Source: Candidatus Portnoybacteria bacterium
Lineage (GTDB): Bacteria > Patescibacteriota > Minisyncoccia > Portnoybacterales > GWB1-42-6
DNA: 64,000 bases
Direction of reading: 5' to 3'
Assembly: GCA_028688325.1 (NCBI GenBank)
Contig: JAQTYI010000001.1
Coordinates: 168,820-232,819, forward strand
Positions 8,929-18,674 of the stretch are shown in pieces. The stretch's first letter is position 1, and each line of letters opens with the position of its first letter. The notes beneath the pieces were generated by a model. The model was given only the letters and a program-made list of their open reading frames with translations. It had not been told where the DNA came from and did no database searches. The position numbers and the translations under genes are program-made.

Positions 8929-9405
8929 ATGGAACAAGAGCCGAATAAAATTATCTTGTCTTGGACGGCACCCGAATTTGTTTATTATGAAAAAACCGAC
9001 GCTTGGTTTATCGGTTTTGGGATACTCTCCGCCGCGCTGTTTGTTGTTTCCGTGTTGATGAAAAATTACTTATTTGCGCTGCTTATACTCATCGCCTCGT
9101 TTCTAATATATATTTACGCCAAAAAACATCCTCGGCAAATAACCATAAAGATAACGGAAGAACATATACACATCGGAAAATCTTTTTTACTGGCGCATAA
9201 AGAAATAGTTTCTTTCTGGATATTTGAAGAGCCGGAAATCAAGATATTGAGCTTGGAAACGAAAAAAGTCCTATACCCTAAAATTTCCGTGATTTTATCA
9301 GATATAAACTCGGATGAAATAAGGGAGACAATGACGCGATTCATCAAAGAAAAAAAACACGAAGAACACTTGATTGATGTCTTCTCCAGAAAATTAAGGT
9401 TCTGA
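8929..9405 (+). CDS. Conserved two-TM hypothetical protein
   Basis: WTAPEF..YEK..WF followed by two hydrophobic helices. Confidence 0.75.
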   Translation: MEQEPNKIILSWTAPEFVYYEKTDAWFIGFGILSAALFVVSVLMKNYLFALLILIASFLIYIYAKKHPRQITIKITEEHIHIGKSFLLAHKEIVSFWIFEEPEIKILSLETKKVLYPKISVILSDINSDEIRETMTRFIKEKKHEEHLIDVFSRKLRF

Positions 9406-9448
9406 CGCATTTGCTATTAGCGATTTGCCATATGCCATTTGCCAATAC

Positions 9449-9520
9449 GCGCCCGTAGTCCAACGGATAGAACATGAGCTTGCGGAGCTCAAGATCGAGG
9501 TTCGATTCCTCGCGGGCGCA
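9449..9520 (+). tRNA. tRNA-Arg(GCG)
   Basis: GCGCCCG/CGGGCGC acceptor; TGAGC-TT GCG GA-GCTCA. Confidence 0.92.
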
Positions 9521-9632
9521 CCGCATAAAATTATGAGCGTAACGAATAATTTAAGCGCCCCGTGATTTCGCGTAGCGAAATTTTACGGGGTTGATATTTA
9601 GCGTTGTCGCTCATAATCATGCGGCACAGCCC
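9521..9632. repeat. Nested hairpin element fused to tRNA 3' end
   Basis: CCGCAT..ATTATGAGCG..CCCCGT..ACGGGG..CGCTCATAAT..ATGCGG-CACAGCCC; homologous to 38695-38810. Confidence 0.75.
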
Positions 9633-9646
9633 ATAATTTTATTCCC

Positions 9647-11860
9647 TTGATCCCACTCTCCACTCCCATCCCCAATATCCCCCGCATTTCGCCGATTTAT
9701 CAAAAACGACTGGCCAAACTCGGAATTAAAACTCTCCGGGATTTATTTTTTCATCTCCCCCGCCGATATGATGACTTCTCAAAAATAACCAAAATAGTCG
9801 ACCTGCGGGTCGGCGAAACCGCCACTATACAGGGCAAGGTGCTCGAAATTTCTAATACCAGAACCTGGAAAAAGAGAATGAATATAACTCAGGCGCACAT
9901 CCAAGACAGTACCGGCTCTATCCGGGTCGTTTGGTTCAATCAGCCATACCTTATTAATGTATTAAAGAATGATATGTTTGTGAGCTTATCAGGTAAGGTA
10001 AACCTTGATAAAGATATATACTTTTCTAACCCCTCGTATGAGCGAATAGCCAATGGCGAATGGCCATTGGCAGAGAAAAATTCATCCGCCATAAGCCATA
10101 AGCCACAGGCCATAGGCCATTTACGCCATACCGGCCGCCTTATTCCTATTTACCCGGAAACGGCGGGCCTCACCTCTCGCTTTCTGCGCTATATAATTCA
10201 ACCTCTGCTGCCAAACGCGAAGCAAATACAAGATTGGCTGCCTGACGCAATTAAACGCTCCCAGCGCCTGCTCGACTTGAATGCCGCTATTTTACAGGTT
10301 CACTTTCCCTCCTCTATTAAAAACGCCAACCAGGCCCGCCGGAGGATGGCTTTTGAGGAGCTCTTCCTATTACAGTTATTCGTTTTAAGACAGAGGGTGA
10401 AGCGGCTCAAGGATAAAGCCCAGCCGACTCCCTTCAACGAAGAACTCGTACGCAACGCCGTTGCTAAGCTTCCATTCAAACTCACAATATCCCAAAAAAA
10501 ATCCGCCTGGGAAATATTCCAAGACCTGACCAAAGACCGGCCGATGAACCGCCTGCTTGAAGGAGATGTGGGTTCCGGCAAAACCGTGGTCGCGGCCTTG
10601 GCCGCCCTGGAAAACGCCAAAGCGGGATTCCAAACGACTTTTATGGCGCCGACAGAAATCCTGGCCAGGCAGCATTTCCAGACGCTCAATGGTCTTTTGG
10701 CCGGCTACAACCTTGAAATATGCCTCCTGACCGGCAAGGACGCCAAAGAAAGTTTGGGCGGCCGAATTTCAAATATCGCCAAAAAATCTCTGCTGGTAAA
10801 AATAAAGAACGGGCAAATGCGGATCATCGTCGGCACCCACGCTTTGCTGCAAAAACAGGTCGGCTTTAAAAACTTAACATTGACCATAGTTGATGAGCAG
10901 CACCGCTTCGGCGTGGCCCAGCGCGCCGCCTTGCAAAAAAACGTGGAATCTTTGCCGGACGGCCTGCCGCAAAATATTCCGCATCTCCTTTCCATGACCG
11001 CCACCCCTATTCCCCGGACTCTCGCGCTCACGCTTTATGGCGACTTGGACTTGTCTTTATTGGATGAAATGCCCAAGGGCCGGCAAAAAATAATCACCAA
11101 TCTCGTGCCGCCGATAAAAAGAAACGCCGCCTACGAATTTATCCGCCGGCAGATAAAACAGGGCCGGCAGGCCTTCGTGGTCTGCCCGAGGATCGAAGTC
11201 GCCAATGACCGCGGATCAGACACAAATAGCACCAATGAAAATTCTATTCGTGATATATTCGCTGATATTAGCGATGTCAGAGCCGTTAAAAAAGAATACG
11301 AAAAATTATCCGGAGATATTTTCCCGGAACTCAAGATCGCTCTGCTCCACGGCAAATTGAAGCCGACCGAGAAAGAGAACATTATGGCTGATTTCGCGCG
11401 GGGCCGCACCGATATTATCGTGTCAACCTCCGTTATTGAAGTCGGCATAGATGTGCCCAACGCCGTCATTATGATGATTGAAGGAGCGGAACGATTCGGC
11501 CTGGCTCAGCTTCATCAGCTACGGGGACGCGTGGGCCGCGGAGCACACCAATCATACTGTCTGCTTTTCACGGATTCTCCTTCGCGCCAAACCCAAGAAC
11601 GGCTAAAAATAATGACAACCTGCCACAATGGTTTTGAATTGGCGGAAAAAGACCTCGCCCTGCGCGGACCGGGAGAATTTTTCGGCACCAGCCAATCCGG
11701 CCTGCCGGATATGCCGATGGGCTCCCTGATAGACCTGATAATGATAAAACAAGCGCGCGCCGAGGCGGCCAAAGTTTTACAGCAAGACCCGGAACTTAAA
11801 AATTACCCGCTGCTGAAAGAAATGCTCAAAAAATTCCAAGATAACATCCATTTGGAATAA
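9647..11860 (+). CDS. recG: ATP-dependent DNA helicase RecG
   Basis: MNRLLEGDVGSGKT, DEQHRFGV, MTATPIPRT, QLHQLRGRVGR. Confidence 0.98.
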   Translation: MIPLSTPIPNIPRISPIYQKRLAKLGIKTLRDLFFHLPRRYDDFSKITKIVDLRVGETATIQGKVLEISNTRTWKKRMNITQAHIQDSTGSIRVVWFNQPYLINVLKNDMFVSLSGKVNLDKDIYFSNPSYERIANGEWPLAEKNSSAISHKPQAIGHLRHTGRLIPIYPETAGLTSRFLRYIIQPLLPNAKQIQDWLPDAIKRSQRLLDLNAAILQVHFPSSIKNANQARRRMAFEELFLLQLFVLRQRVKRLKDKAQPTPFNEELVRNAVAKLPFKLTISQKKSAWEIFQDLTKDRPMNRLLEGDVGSGKTVVAALAALENAKAGFQTTFMAPTEILARQHFQTLNGLLAGYNLEICLLTGKDAKESLGGRISNIAKKSLLVKIKNGQMRIIVGTHALLQKQVGFKNLTLTIVDEQHRFGVAQRAALQKNVESLPDGLPQNIPHLLSMTATPIPRTLALTLYGDLDLSLLDEMPKGRQKIITNLVPPIKRNAAYEFIRRQIKQGRQAFVVCPRIEVANDRGSDTNSTNENSIRDIFADISDVRAVKKEYEKLSGDIFPELKIALLHGKLKPTEKENIMADFARGRTDIIVSTSVIEVGIDVPNAVIMMIEGAERFGLAQLHQLRGRVGRGAHQSYCLLFTDSPSRQTQERLKIMTTCHNGFELAEKDLALRGPGEFFGTSQSGLPDMPMGSLIDLIMIKQARAEAAKVLQQDPELKNYPLLKEMLKKFQDNIHLE

Positions 11861-11951
11861 TTTGCATTGTGGTTGCTCCTGTGATATAAAAATAAGTGAG
11901 GTTTTTTGTTCTTACCAATGGCAGAGGCGGAAGTTTTTTATTTTTCTTAAA

Positions 11952-12473
11952 ATGGAGGGGAAAATGACAAAAGCAAAAAAGGTAATCAGCAAAGAGCGAA
12001 GGAAACAGATAGACCGGTTAGCACAAGACATAAAGAACTGGCGGATGCGTTCTCGTTTAGGCGATGCGCAATTGGGCTATTTTGAAAGAATGCTGATGTC
12101 GCAAAAAACGACGATATTGCAAGAGATAGAAAAGCTCGATAAGCTACGCAAATCGGAGGTAGAGGCGAGCGGCGGCAAGTATGTCGCCGACAACCATACC
12201 TCAGACCCCAGCGCCACAGACACGCAAATCAGCAATCGCCAAAAAAGATTAAAAAAAATCTCTGACGCTCTTGCGCGCATCGAAAACAATACCTACGGAA
12301 TCTGCATAGGAAAAGATTGCGGCCAGCCAATCGACATAAAACGGCTGGAGCTGACCCCCATAACCGACCTGTGCGCTCCCTGCAAAGAAGAAAAGGAGAA
12401 AAAGGAAAAAAAGATAAACGGCAACAGCCGCCACCATCAGACAAATCTGCCGATGTGCGCACCTGCCCAATAG
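11952..12473 (+). CDS. TraR/DksA C4 zinc-finger family protein
   Basis: ALARIENNTYGIC...CGQPIDIKRLE..P...LCAPC. Confidence 0.85.
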   Translation: MEGKMTKAKKVISKERRKQIDRLAQDIKNWRMRSRLGDAQLGYFERMLMSQKTTILQEIEKLDKLRKSEVEASGGKYVADNHTSDPSATDTQISNRQKRLKKISDALARIENNTYGICIGKDCGQPIDIKRLELTPITDLCAPCKEEKEKKEKKINGNSRHHQTNLPMCAPAQ

Positions 12474-12736
12474 ATTCAGAACAAAAAGAGCTCCGCTTGC
12501 GGGGCTCTTATCTTTTGCCGCCCGCCGTCCGACATCCCAAATATTAGGCATTCGGAATTTCCGGATATCGGACAGCGAAGCATTAAATTACATAAAATTA
12601 ACAACCATTATTGGCGCACCTTCGGCGTTACCGCAAAATCGTCGCTTCGCTCTTTAAAACCCCTCTGTTTTAACCCTTCGATTTAACTCAGGGCAAGTAT
12701 TTACGCCGCGGGGGAGCACACTCCTCCGTCGTCCCC

Positions 12737-14296
12737 TCAGGATTTTGGTTGCCGCACTTTCGGTGTCACCCAAAATCCCATATACTTGCCCAGCATCAAA
12801 CGCGTCTGGGCCTCCAGTCCGGGAAACGAACCGAAAATAATTATCGTGGCCGGCAATAAAATCCAGTGCAATATCATAAAAAAGTATTTGTGCAAACCGT
12901 ATTTTAAAGGTCTGGTCGGCAAAATCATCGCGCCATATATCGCCGAGGTGACCATACCGATCATCGCCATTGTCATTATGATGCGCGTGATCTGCGGCAA
13001 ATTATAAGAAAGCAAAGTGACATTAAATTCTTGCCCGCCCAAAAACAGCGGCAGCCAGCCAAGCATAAAAATTATCAAAGCATTTGTCCCCCAAGACCAA
13101 AAACCCTCCAGGTGGTTGAACGCCCAAAAAACTTTTGTTTTCAGCGAAATTTTTTTATTTTGCAAAAAACCGAATAAAACATAGGGGATGTTTTCCACGC
13201 CCCAGCCCCAGCGCCGCTGTTGTTTGTAAACATTAACGGCTGTTTGCCACCAGCTCTCGGCTAAATTGGCATCCATAGAAACCGGATAATAAAGCGGCAC
13301 GACGCGATAGTTGCCGTCATAAAAAAGCAGCGATTGCCAGAAGATCCGCGAATCCTCGGAAACATTCTTGACTGACCAAAAATCCATTTCCACCAGCGCC
13401 TTGAAATTCATGGAATGCGAAGAAAAAGTGGCCAGCCGCTCGGCCCGTTCCTGTTGCATCATATGCCAGAAAGTGCCGCTTTGAGCCGTCACGCGTGAAA
13501 AAGACGGGGCATCCCAAATATTATTGTTGAATATCGGCACGGGCTGAAAACTGCAAAAAACCCTGTTTGGCGTTCTCAAAAAAACATAGGTTAAGCGGCT
13601 GAAATATTCCGGATAAACCACCGTGTCAATATCAAAAACCGAGACCAATATATTTTCGTAAGGAATCCCCGTTTTATCAATAACTTCTTCTTTGACGCGC
13701 CTGGCCGCCCAGGTTTCATTGGACCCCTTGCCGGCCAGCTCCCCTGCGATATCCGAGGGATGTTTTGTCGGGAAAAACCTGAAAAACTTATCGCCGTATT
13801 TGGCGGAAATTCTTTGGGCGACCTCCGCCGCCGCGCGGCCGCCTTTTTCCTCCGTGGCCAGAACCACTATCATTTTATCGCTGGGGTAATTTACATTTAG
13901 CAGTGCCTCAAAAGCGCCATCGGCCACTTCGTAGTTTTCTTTATACATCGGCAAGATTATCAGATGATAAACTCTTTCCCAGGACAAATCCTGGTCGACA
14001 TTCTCTTTCTTTAATTCTTCCAGCCAGTTTTTTTTCATCACCTGCTTGATAATGGAAAAGCTGGAACGCAGATGCAAAGACAAAAACATGGTCTTAAGCA
14101 GCCAGTAGATATCAAAGGCAATAACAAAAAAAGCCGCGCCGGCCGGCCAGCTCCAAGACAAAAAAACGACGCCGGCCAGCGTCAACCAAGATAGCAGCCC
14201 CGGCAAAATTTCCAGCGCCCGATATATCCGCCTGTCTTTCGGGCTTGCCAGATCTCCCGCGTTGCTGATTTTTATGTATTCCTTCTTTTCCATCAT
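12737..14296 (-). CDS. Membrane glycosyltransferase family 2
   Basis: IILPMYKE, DID, SED, QQRRWGWG motifs plus multiple TM helices. Confidence 0.9.
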   Translation of the reverse strand: MMEKKEYIKISNAGDLASPKDRRIYRALEILPGLLSWLTLAGVVFLSWSWPAGAAFFVIAFDIYWLLKTMFLSLHLRSSFSIIKQVMKKNWLEELKKENVDQDLSWERVYHLIILPMYKENYEVADGAFEALLNVNYPSDKMIVVLATEEKGGRAAAEVAQRISAKYGDKFFRFFPTKHPSDIAGELAGKGSNETWAARRVKEEVIDKTGIPYENILVSVFDIDTVVYPEYFSRLTYVFLRTPNRVFCSFQPVPIFNNNIWDAPSFSRVTAQSGTFWHMMQQERAERLATFSSHSMNFKALVEMDFWSVKNVSEDSRIFWQSLLFYDGNYRVVPLYYPVSMDANLAESWWQTAVNVYKQQRRWGWGVENIPYVLFGFLQNKKISLKTKVFWAFNHLEGFWSWGTNALIIFMLGWLPLFLGGQEFNVTLLSYNLPQITRIIMTMAMIGMVTSAIYGAMILPTRPLKYGLHKYFFMILHWILLPATIIIFGSFPGLEAQTRLMLGKYMGFWVTPKVRQPKS

Positions 14297-14372
14297 TCAG
14301 TGAATTAAATTATCCTTAGCTATCAATACAGCATACTAGTAAACCGTATTGATACACTTCAACATAATACTT

Positions 14373-14840
14373 CTAACTCTTCCGCTTGCCCGCTCTCCTA
14401 TTAACCACAGTGTTAATCAATAAAAAATGTAAAGGATATTTTTGACGCATCCAGTCGAATGAATATGGGGTTGTCTGATTTTTTAATAATCTTTTTTCTT
14501 GTTTTTCTTCATATCTATTTATAATTTTCTCGTATCCGCCAAATCCCGAACTCAGCCAACGCTGAACTGAGGTTATTGTCGCATAGCCGACTTTCAATTT
14601 TTCTTTTATGTCTTCGTTGGTTTTACCGTCTAACAGCAACCGCGCTATCTGAATGCGTCGCGACAACATTATCACTTCGCTTAAAGTCAGCAGGTCTTTA
14701 AAGAAATTTTTAACTTCTCCCCTGTCACGCAAACTGGCCACCATAGTATAAAAATCGCCCAGAAATTTAATTTTTTCATCTCGGCTTAATTGGTTGTATT
14801 TTATTTTACCACCCCTCCGTCCTCTAATCATTTTAATCAT
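14373..14840 (-). CDS. TrpR-like (YerC/YecD) HTH regulator
   Basis: FFKDLLTLSE..MLSRRIQIARLL..G......KLKVGYATITSVQRWL..G.GGY. Confidence 0.88.
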   Translation of the reverse strand: MIKMIRGRRGGKIKYNQLSRDEKIKFLGDFYTMVASLRDRGEVKNFFKDLLTLSEVIMLSRRIQIARLLLDGKTNEDIKEKLKVGYATITSVQRWLSSGFGGYEKIINRYEEKQEKRLLKNQTTPYSFDWMRQKYPLHFLLINTVVNRRAGKRKS

Positions 14841-14906
14841 TCAGTATACTAGTATGTTGAATAATTATTAATTGTAGCGCTTATGACCTTTTCTTATTTT
14901 TTCAGC

Positions 14907-15035
14907 AGCGCTACGGGGAATCGGCCGCGGCTCTCGGCTCGCAGTTTACCCCGAGCATAATCGAGGGGCTCGCCTCGGCCTGGCCACCGCCTCGCGATTT
15001 TATCTGCTGATAAAATCGCTCCGGCGTTCTATTCC
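14907..15035 (-). mobile_element. Miniature element ending in a duplicate of the tRNA-Glu 3' end
   Basis: 17-bp repeat AGCGCTACGGGGAATCG at 14907 and 15121; internal hairpins including TTTACCCCGAGCATAATCGAGGGG. Confidence 0.6.
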
Positions 15036-15119
15036 TAACGCGAGCCAAGCAGTTGGCTCGCTCGCTTTTATCTTTATAATAATTTTTTTATCTCAACAAT
15101 ATAAAAACCCTAAAATTTG

Positions 15120-15191
15120 TAGCGCTACGGGGAATCGAACCCCGATTCGCGGCTTGAAAAGCCGCTGTCCTAACCGTTAGACGATAGCGCC
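15120..15191 (-). tRNA. tRNA-Glu(TTC)
   Basis: GCGGC-TT TTC AA-GCCGC; GGTTCGATTCC. Confidence 0.95.
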
Positions 15192-15194
15192 AAA

Positions 15195-15443
15195 TCAATT
15201 TATAAAAATACGCTTATATAATTTTTCTCTCTCGCTATTATTACTTTTTAATTCGATTTCTCTCTTCAGTGCCGTCGCCTTGCTTGCATAAGCTTCGTAA
15301 TATTCCAGCATGTATGGTTTTCTTGATTTAGTCGACCTGACCTTTCCGCCGCTATGTTCAAAAAATCTTTTTCTCAAATCAGCGCAGCTACCTATGTATT
15401 TCCAATTCTCCTTCTCACTTTTTAATAAATATACATAATGCAT
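15195..15443 (-). CDS. Small GIY-YIG nuclease
   Basis: YVYLLKS....KYIGSCADLRKRFFEH..G...STK...YYEAY....ALKRE. Confidence 0.92.
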   Translation of the reverse strand: MHYVYLLKSEKENWKYIGSCADLRKRFFEHSGGKVRSTKSRKPYMLEYYEAYASKATALKREIELKSNNSEREKLYKRIFIN

Positions 15444-15448
15444 AATTG

Positions 15449-15520
15449 TAGCTTGCCACCCTTCGGGTGGTCACCCGCAGGGTGAAAAAGCCGCTGTCCT
15501 AACCGTTAGACGATAGCGCC
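15449..15520 (-). pseudogene. tRNA-Glu pseudogene (5' half identical, 3' half replaced by two hairpins)
   Basis: GGCGCTATCGTCTAACGGTTAGGACAGCGGCTTTT identical to the intact gene, then TCACCC/GGGTGA and CCACCC/GGGTGG hairpins and a GCTACA end. Confidence 0.8.
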
Positions 15521-15712
15521 AAAACTGGATAAATTATAGCTTAAAAGTTGAAAAAAAGCAATTTAACAGGTATGCTGTGCCTATGCCGGGTAGTGAAAAT
15601 TCGGCAGCTTAAGCGAGTATCGCTAATTGGTAAAAACAGACAAAAACCGCAAAAATTATTGAAACTAAATTAAACTTGGTATATTAAATTAACCGAATTT
15701 CTACTACCTGGT

Positions 15713-16882
15713 ATGAAAATCTTAGCCATAGAAACTTCCTGCGACGACACGGGAATCGCCATTCTCGAATACGGCAAAACCGGCCAACCGAAAATTTCGG
15801 CTGATTTAATATCTTCTCAAACCAAGATCCACGCGCCATGGGGCGGAGTAGTTCCGATGCTGGCCAAACGGGAGCACCAGCGCAATTTAGTGCCATTATT
15901 GATCAAAGCCCTGAAAAAATCGGCTCTTCTCAAAACTAAAAGTTTGAAACTAAAAACTAAAAACCAAAAACCAAAAACTTTAGGGTCGATCCTGGAGCGC
16001 GAACCGGAGCTCCTAAAAAAACTACTGCCACTACTGAAAAAATACCAAAAGCCGGATATCAATTATATCGCCGTAACCGTCGGCCCGGGCTTGGAGCCGG
16101 CACTATGGGTGGGCATAAACTTCGCCCGGGCGTTGAGTTATTTTTGGGAGATACCGATAATTCCTATTAACCATATCGAGGGGCATCTTTGCGCTAACTT
16201 CGCCGACGGCGAAGTTAGCGCCTACTATAAGCTACTTTTTCCCGCCATCTCCCTTGTTGTTTCCGGCGGCCACACCCAGCTTATCCTGATAAAAAGCGTC
16301 GGCCGATACAAAATTATCGGCGAAACGCGCGATGATGCGGCCGGTGAAGCGTTCGATAAGGTCGCCAAAATGCTGAACCTGGGCTATCCCGGCGGCCCGA
16401 TTATTTCTGAGCTCGCTATAAGCTATAAGCTAAAAGCTATAAGCTCTAAGTTCTCCCTCCCCCGGCCCATGATAAACTCGGGCGATTTTGATTTTTCCTT
16501 TTCGGGATTGAAAACCGCAGTGCTTTACGCCTTGCAAAAAATGACGCCCGCGCAGATAAAAAAACAAACGCCGGCCATCGCGGCGGAATTCCAACAGGCG
16601 GTTATTGATGTTTTAACCGCTAAAGCCATATCGACAGCCAAAAAATACAAAGCAAAAACCATTATGCTGGCCGGCGGCGTCGCCTCAAATCAATCCTTGC
16701 GCCAAGCGCTGGCCGAAAAGGCAAAAGAATCGGACATTGCCTTTTCCGTTCCCGATGCGCATCTTTGCACAGACAACGCCGCCATGATAGGATTGGCCGC
16801 TTTCTATAATTTAAAGATCTCTCGCGCTAAAAAAGCCGACTGGCGCGCCCTCAAAGCGCAAGCGAATCTGAGAGTTTCATAA
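15713..16882 (+). CDS. tsaD: tRNA N6-adenosine threonylcarbamoyltransferase TsaD
   Basis: ILAIETSCDDT, NHIEGH, VSGGHT, ETRDDAAGEAFDK, CTDNAAMI. Confidence 0.97.
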   Translation: MKILAIETSCDDTGIAILEYGKTGQPKISADLISSQTKIHAPWGGVVPMLAKREHQRNLVPLLIKALKKSALLKTKSLKLKTKNQKPKTLGSILEREPELLKKLLPLLKKYQKPDINYIAVTVGPGLEPALWVGINFARALSYFWEIPIIPINHIEGHLCANFADGEVSAYYKLLFPAISLVVSGGHTQLILIKSVGRYKIIGETRDDAAGEAFDKVAKMLNLGYPGGPIISELAISYKLKAISSKFSLPRPMINSGDFDFSFSGLKTAVLYALQKMTPAQIKKQTPAIAAEFQQAVIDVLTAKAISTAKKYKAKTIMLAGGVASNQSLRQALAEKAKESDIAFSVPDAHLCTDNAAMIGLAAFYNLKISRAKKADWRALKAQANLRVS

Positions 16883-16897
16883 AAATTACTTTAATAA

Positions 16898-17089
16898 CCG
16901 CGCATGGCAAAAATTTTATCAGAAAATAAAGTTGAGCCGAGTGTAAAATTTGCGTGCCGTGGTGGGGCCCCGACCGTCAGGTCGGGGCGTTGCGGATAGC
17001 AAATTTAGTGAGGCGAAACTTATATTTTCTTAAAATTTTATGCCCGCGCGGGGCTTTTTTTGTTACTTTTTTGTGCCCACAAAAAAGTA
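16898..17089 (+). mobile_element. Composite MITE-like repeat, copy A
   Basis: Closely similar to 44297-44486 and 56340-56531 (core GGGGCCCCGACCGTCAGGTCGGGG). Confidence 0.8.
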
Positions 17090-17134
17090 GATAAAGCATT
17101 CTATAAAAGACGGTTCTTTGTTATAATAGCATCA

Positions 17135-17875
17135 ATGAACTACTTGCTCTACGCAATCTTGGGCATCGCACCCAGCATTATTTGGTTGCTGTTTTATTTG
17201 CACAAAGACCTGAACCCGGAACCCAAGCGCACGGTTTTGCTGGTCTTTTTGGGCGGCGCCTTTATGGGACCAGTGGCCATATTGGCGCAATTTTTAGCTA
17301 TGGCAGCACTCACCTCCTCCGCTCAATGGCCGCATTTTTTTGAAACGCTGAGTCAAAACCGTTACTTGTTCTTTATCAATGTCGTCCTTTTTGCTCCGCT
17401 CAGCGAAGAATTCCTGAAATACCTGGTTGTTAAGTGGCAAGTGCTCAAAAATCCCGATTTTGACGAGCCGCTTGACGCCATGATATACTTGATAATAAGC
17501 GCGCTGGGTTTTGCGGCAACTGAAAATTTGCTAAACATCTTTTTAATGCCCGGCGTCACGCTTCAGCTCGCTTTTTCCCAAGCGCTGGCCAGATTCCTGA
17601 GCGCCACCTTCCTTCACGCTCTCACTTCCGGAATTTTGGGATATTTCATCGCCCGCTCGTTGTTCCTTTTTAAACGCAAAAATGTCATTTTTATTTCCGG
17701 TTTCCTGCTGGCTGTCGCGCTTCACAGTTTCTACAATTATCTGGCCTGGCTTTTCAACGCGGAAAAAATCATCGCGCTGGCCATAGCGCTGCTACTGGCT
17801 GCAATGGGAGGAGTCGTCGGCTGGCAATTCCGCCGGCTGAAAAAACAATTGGCGGTTTGTAAAATAAAATATTGA
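17135..17875 (+). CDS. PrsW family intramembrane metalloprotease
   Basis: EEFLK, ALGFAATEN, HAL, LHSFYN motifs. Confidence 0.92.
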   Translation: MNYLLYAILGIAPSIIWLLFYLHKDLNPEPKRTVLLVFLGGAFMGPVAILAQFLAMAALTSSAQWPHFFETLSQNRYLFFINVVLFAPLSEEFLKYLVVKWQVLKNPDFDEPLDAMIYLIISALGFAATENLLNIFLMPGVTLQLAFSQALARFLSATFLHALTSGILGYFIARSLFLFKRKNVIFISGFLLAVALHSFYNYLAWLFNAEKIIALAIALLLAAMGGVVGWQFRRLKKQLAVCKIKY

Positions 17876-17974
17876 CCCGAATTAGAAATCCGGTCTCATA
17901 AAAAATTGCATTACTGATTTTACGCTGCTCCCGCACAAGGATAAGCGGCAAAATCCGCATTTGTGAACAAACTT

Positions 17975-18580
17975 ATGAATAAAAAACCGTCATTTTTGGA
18001 ACGGCTGACCGGAGTATTAGAAGAAGAGGAGGAAGAAAAAAATATTCCGATAAACGATTCCGATGAAGAGAAAACAGAAGAAGGGGCCGCGGAAAAAATA
18101 AAGCCCGTCCAACGCGTTCGCGAGAACGAAACGGCTCCGGCTAGGCAAAATCCGCCCCGAAAAAGCGAAGGCGAGCCGATAAAAAAGGAGAAGAAATTTT
18201 CCCTTCCCGCCTCGTCGGAAAAAACCGCCGAGGATTGGCTGCCCGACTCCGAGGGCCAGTTGACGATTGATGTATACCAGACACCAAGCGAAATCGTCAT
18301 AAAATCCACCATCGCCGGCGTGAGCCCGGAGGACTTGGACATCACTATCACCAACGACATGGTGACCATCAAGGGCCGGAGAGAAAAAGACGAAACAATT
18401 TCCAGCGGCGATTATTATTACCAAGAATGCTACTGGGGCGCTTTTTCCCGCTCGGTTATTTTGCCGGTGGATGTGGAAGCGGAAAGAGCCGATGCTTCAA
18501 TGAAAAACGGCATCCTGACCATCCGCCTGCCTAAAATTGAAAAAGTTAAAACCAAAAAGATTCGCGTTGTTTCAAATTAA
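17975..18580 (+). CDS. Hsp20/alpha-crystallin small heat shock protein
   Basis: DVYQT...AGV..EDLDI...YWGAFSRSVILP..V...A.MKNGILTIRLPK. Confidence 0.93.
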   Translation: MNKKPSFLERLTGVLEEEEEEKNIPINDSDEEKTEEGAAEKIKPVQRVRENETAPARQNPPRKSEGEPIKKEKKFSLPASSEKTAEDWLPDSEGQLTIDVYQTPSEIVIKSTIAGVSPEDLDITITNDMVTIKGRREKDETISSGDYYYQECYWGAFSRSVILPVDVEAERADASMKNGILTIRLPKIEKVKTKKIRVVSN

Positions 18581-18674
18581 GCCAGATTTTTGACAACGGA
18601 AGCATTCGTTATCAAGCAACTTTGCTGCGGTCGTCTGGCAAGGTTGCTTTTTTGTCAACTGGCCTCGGCTTTTT

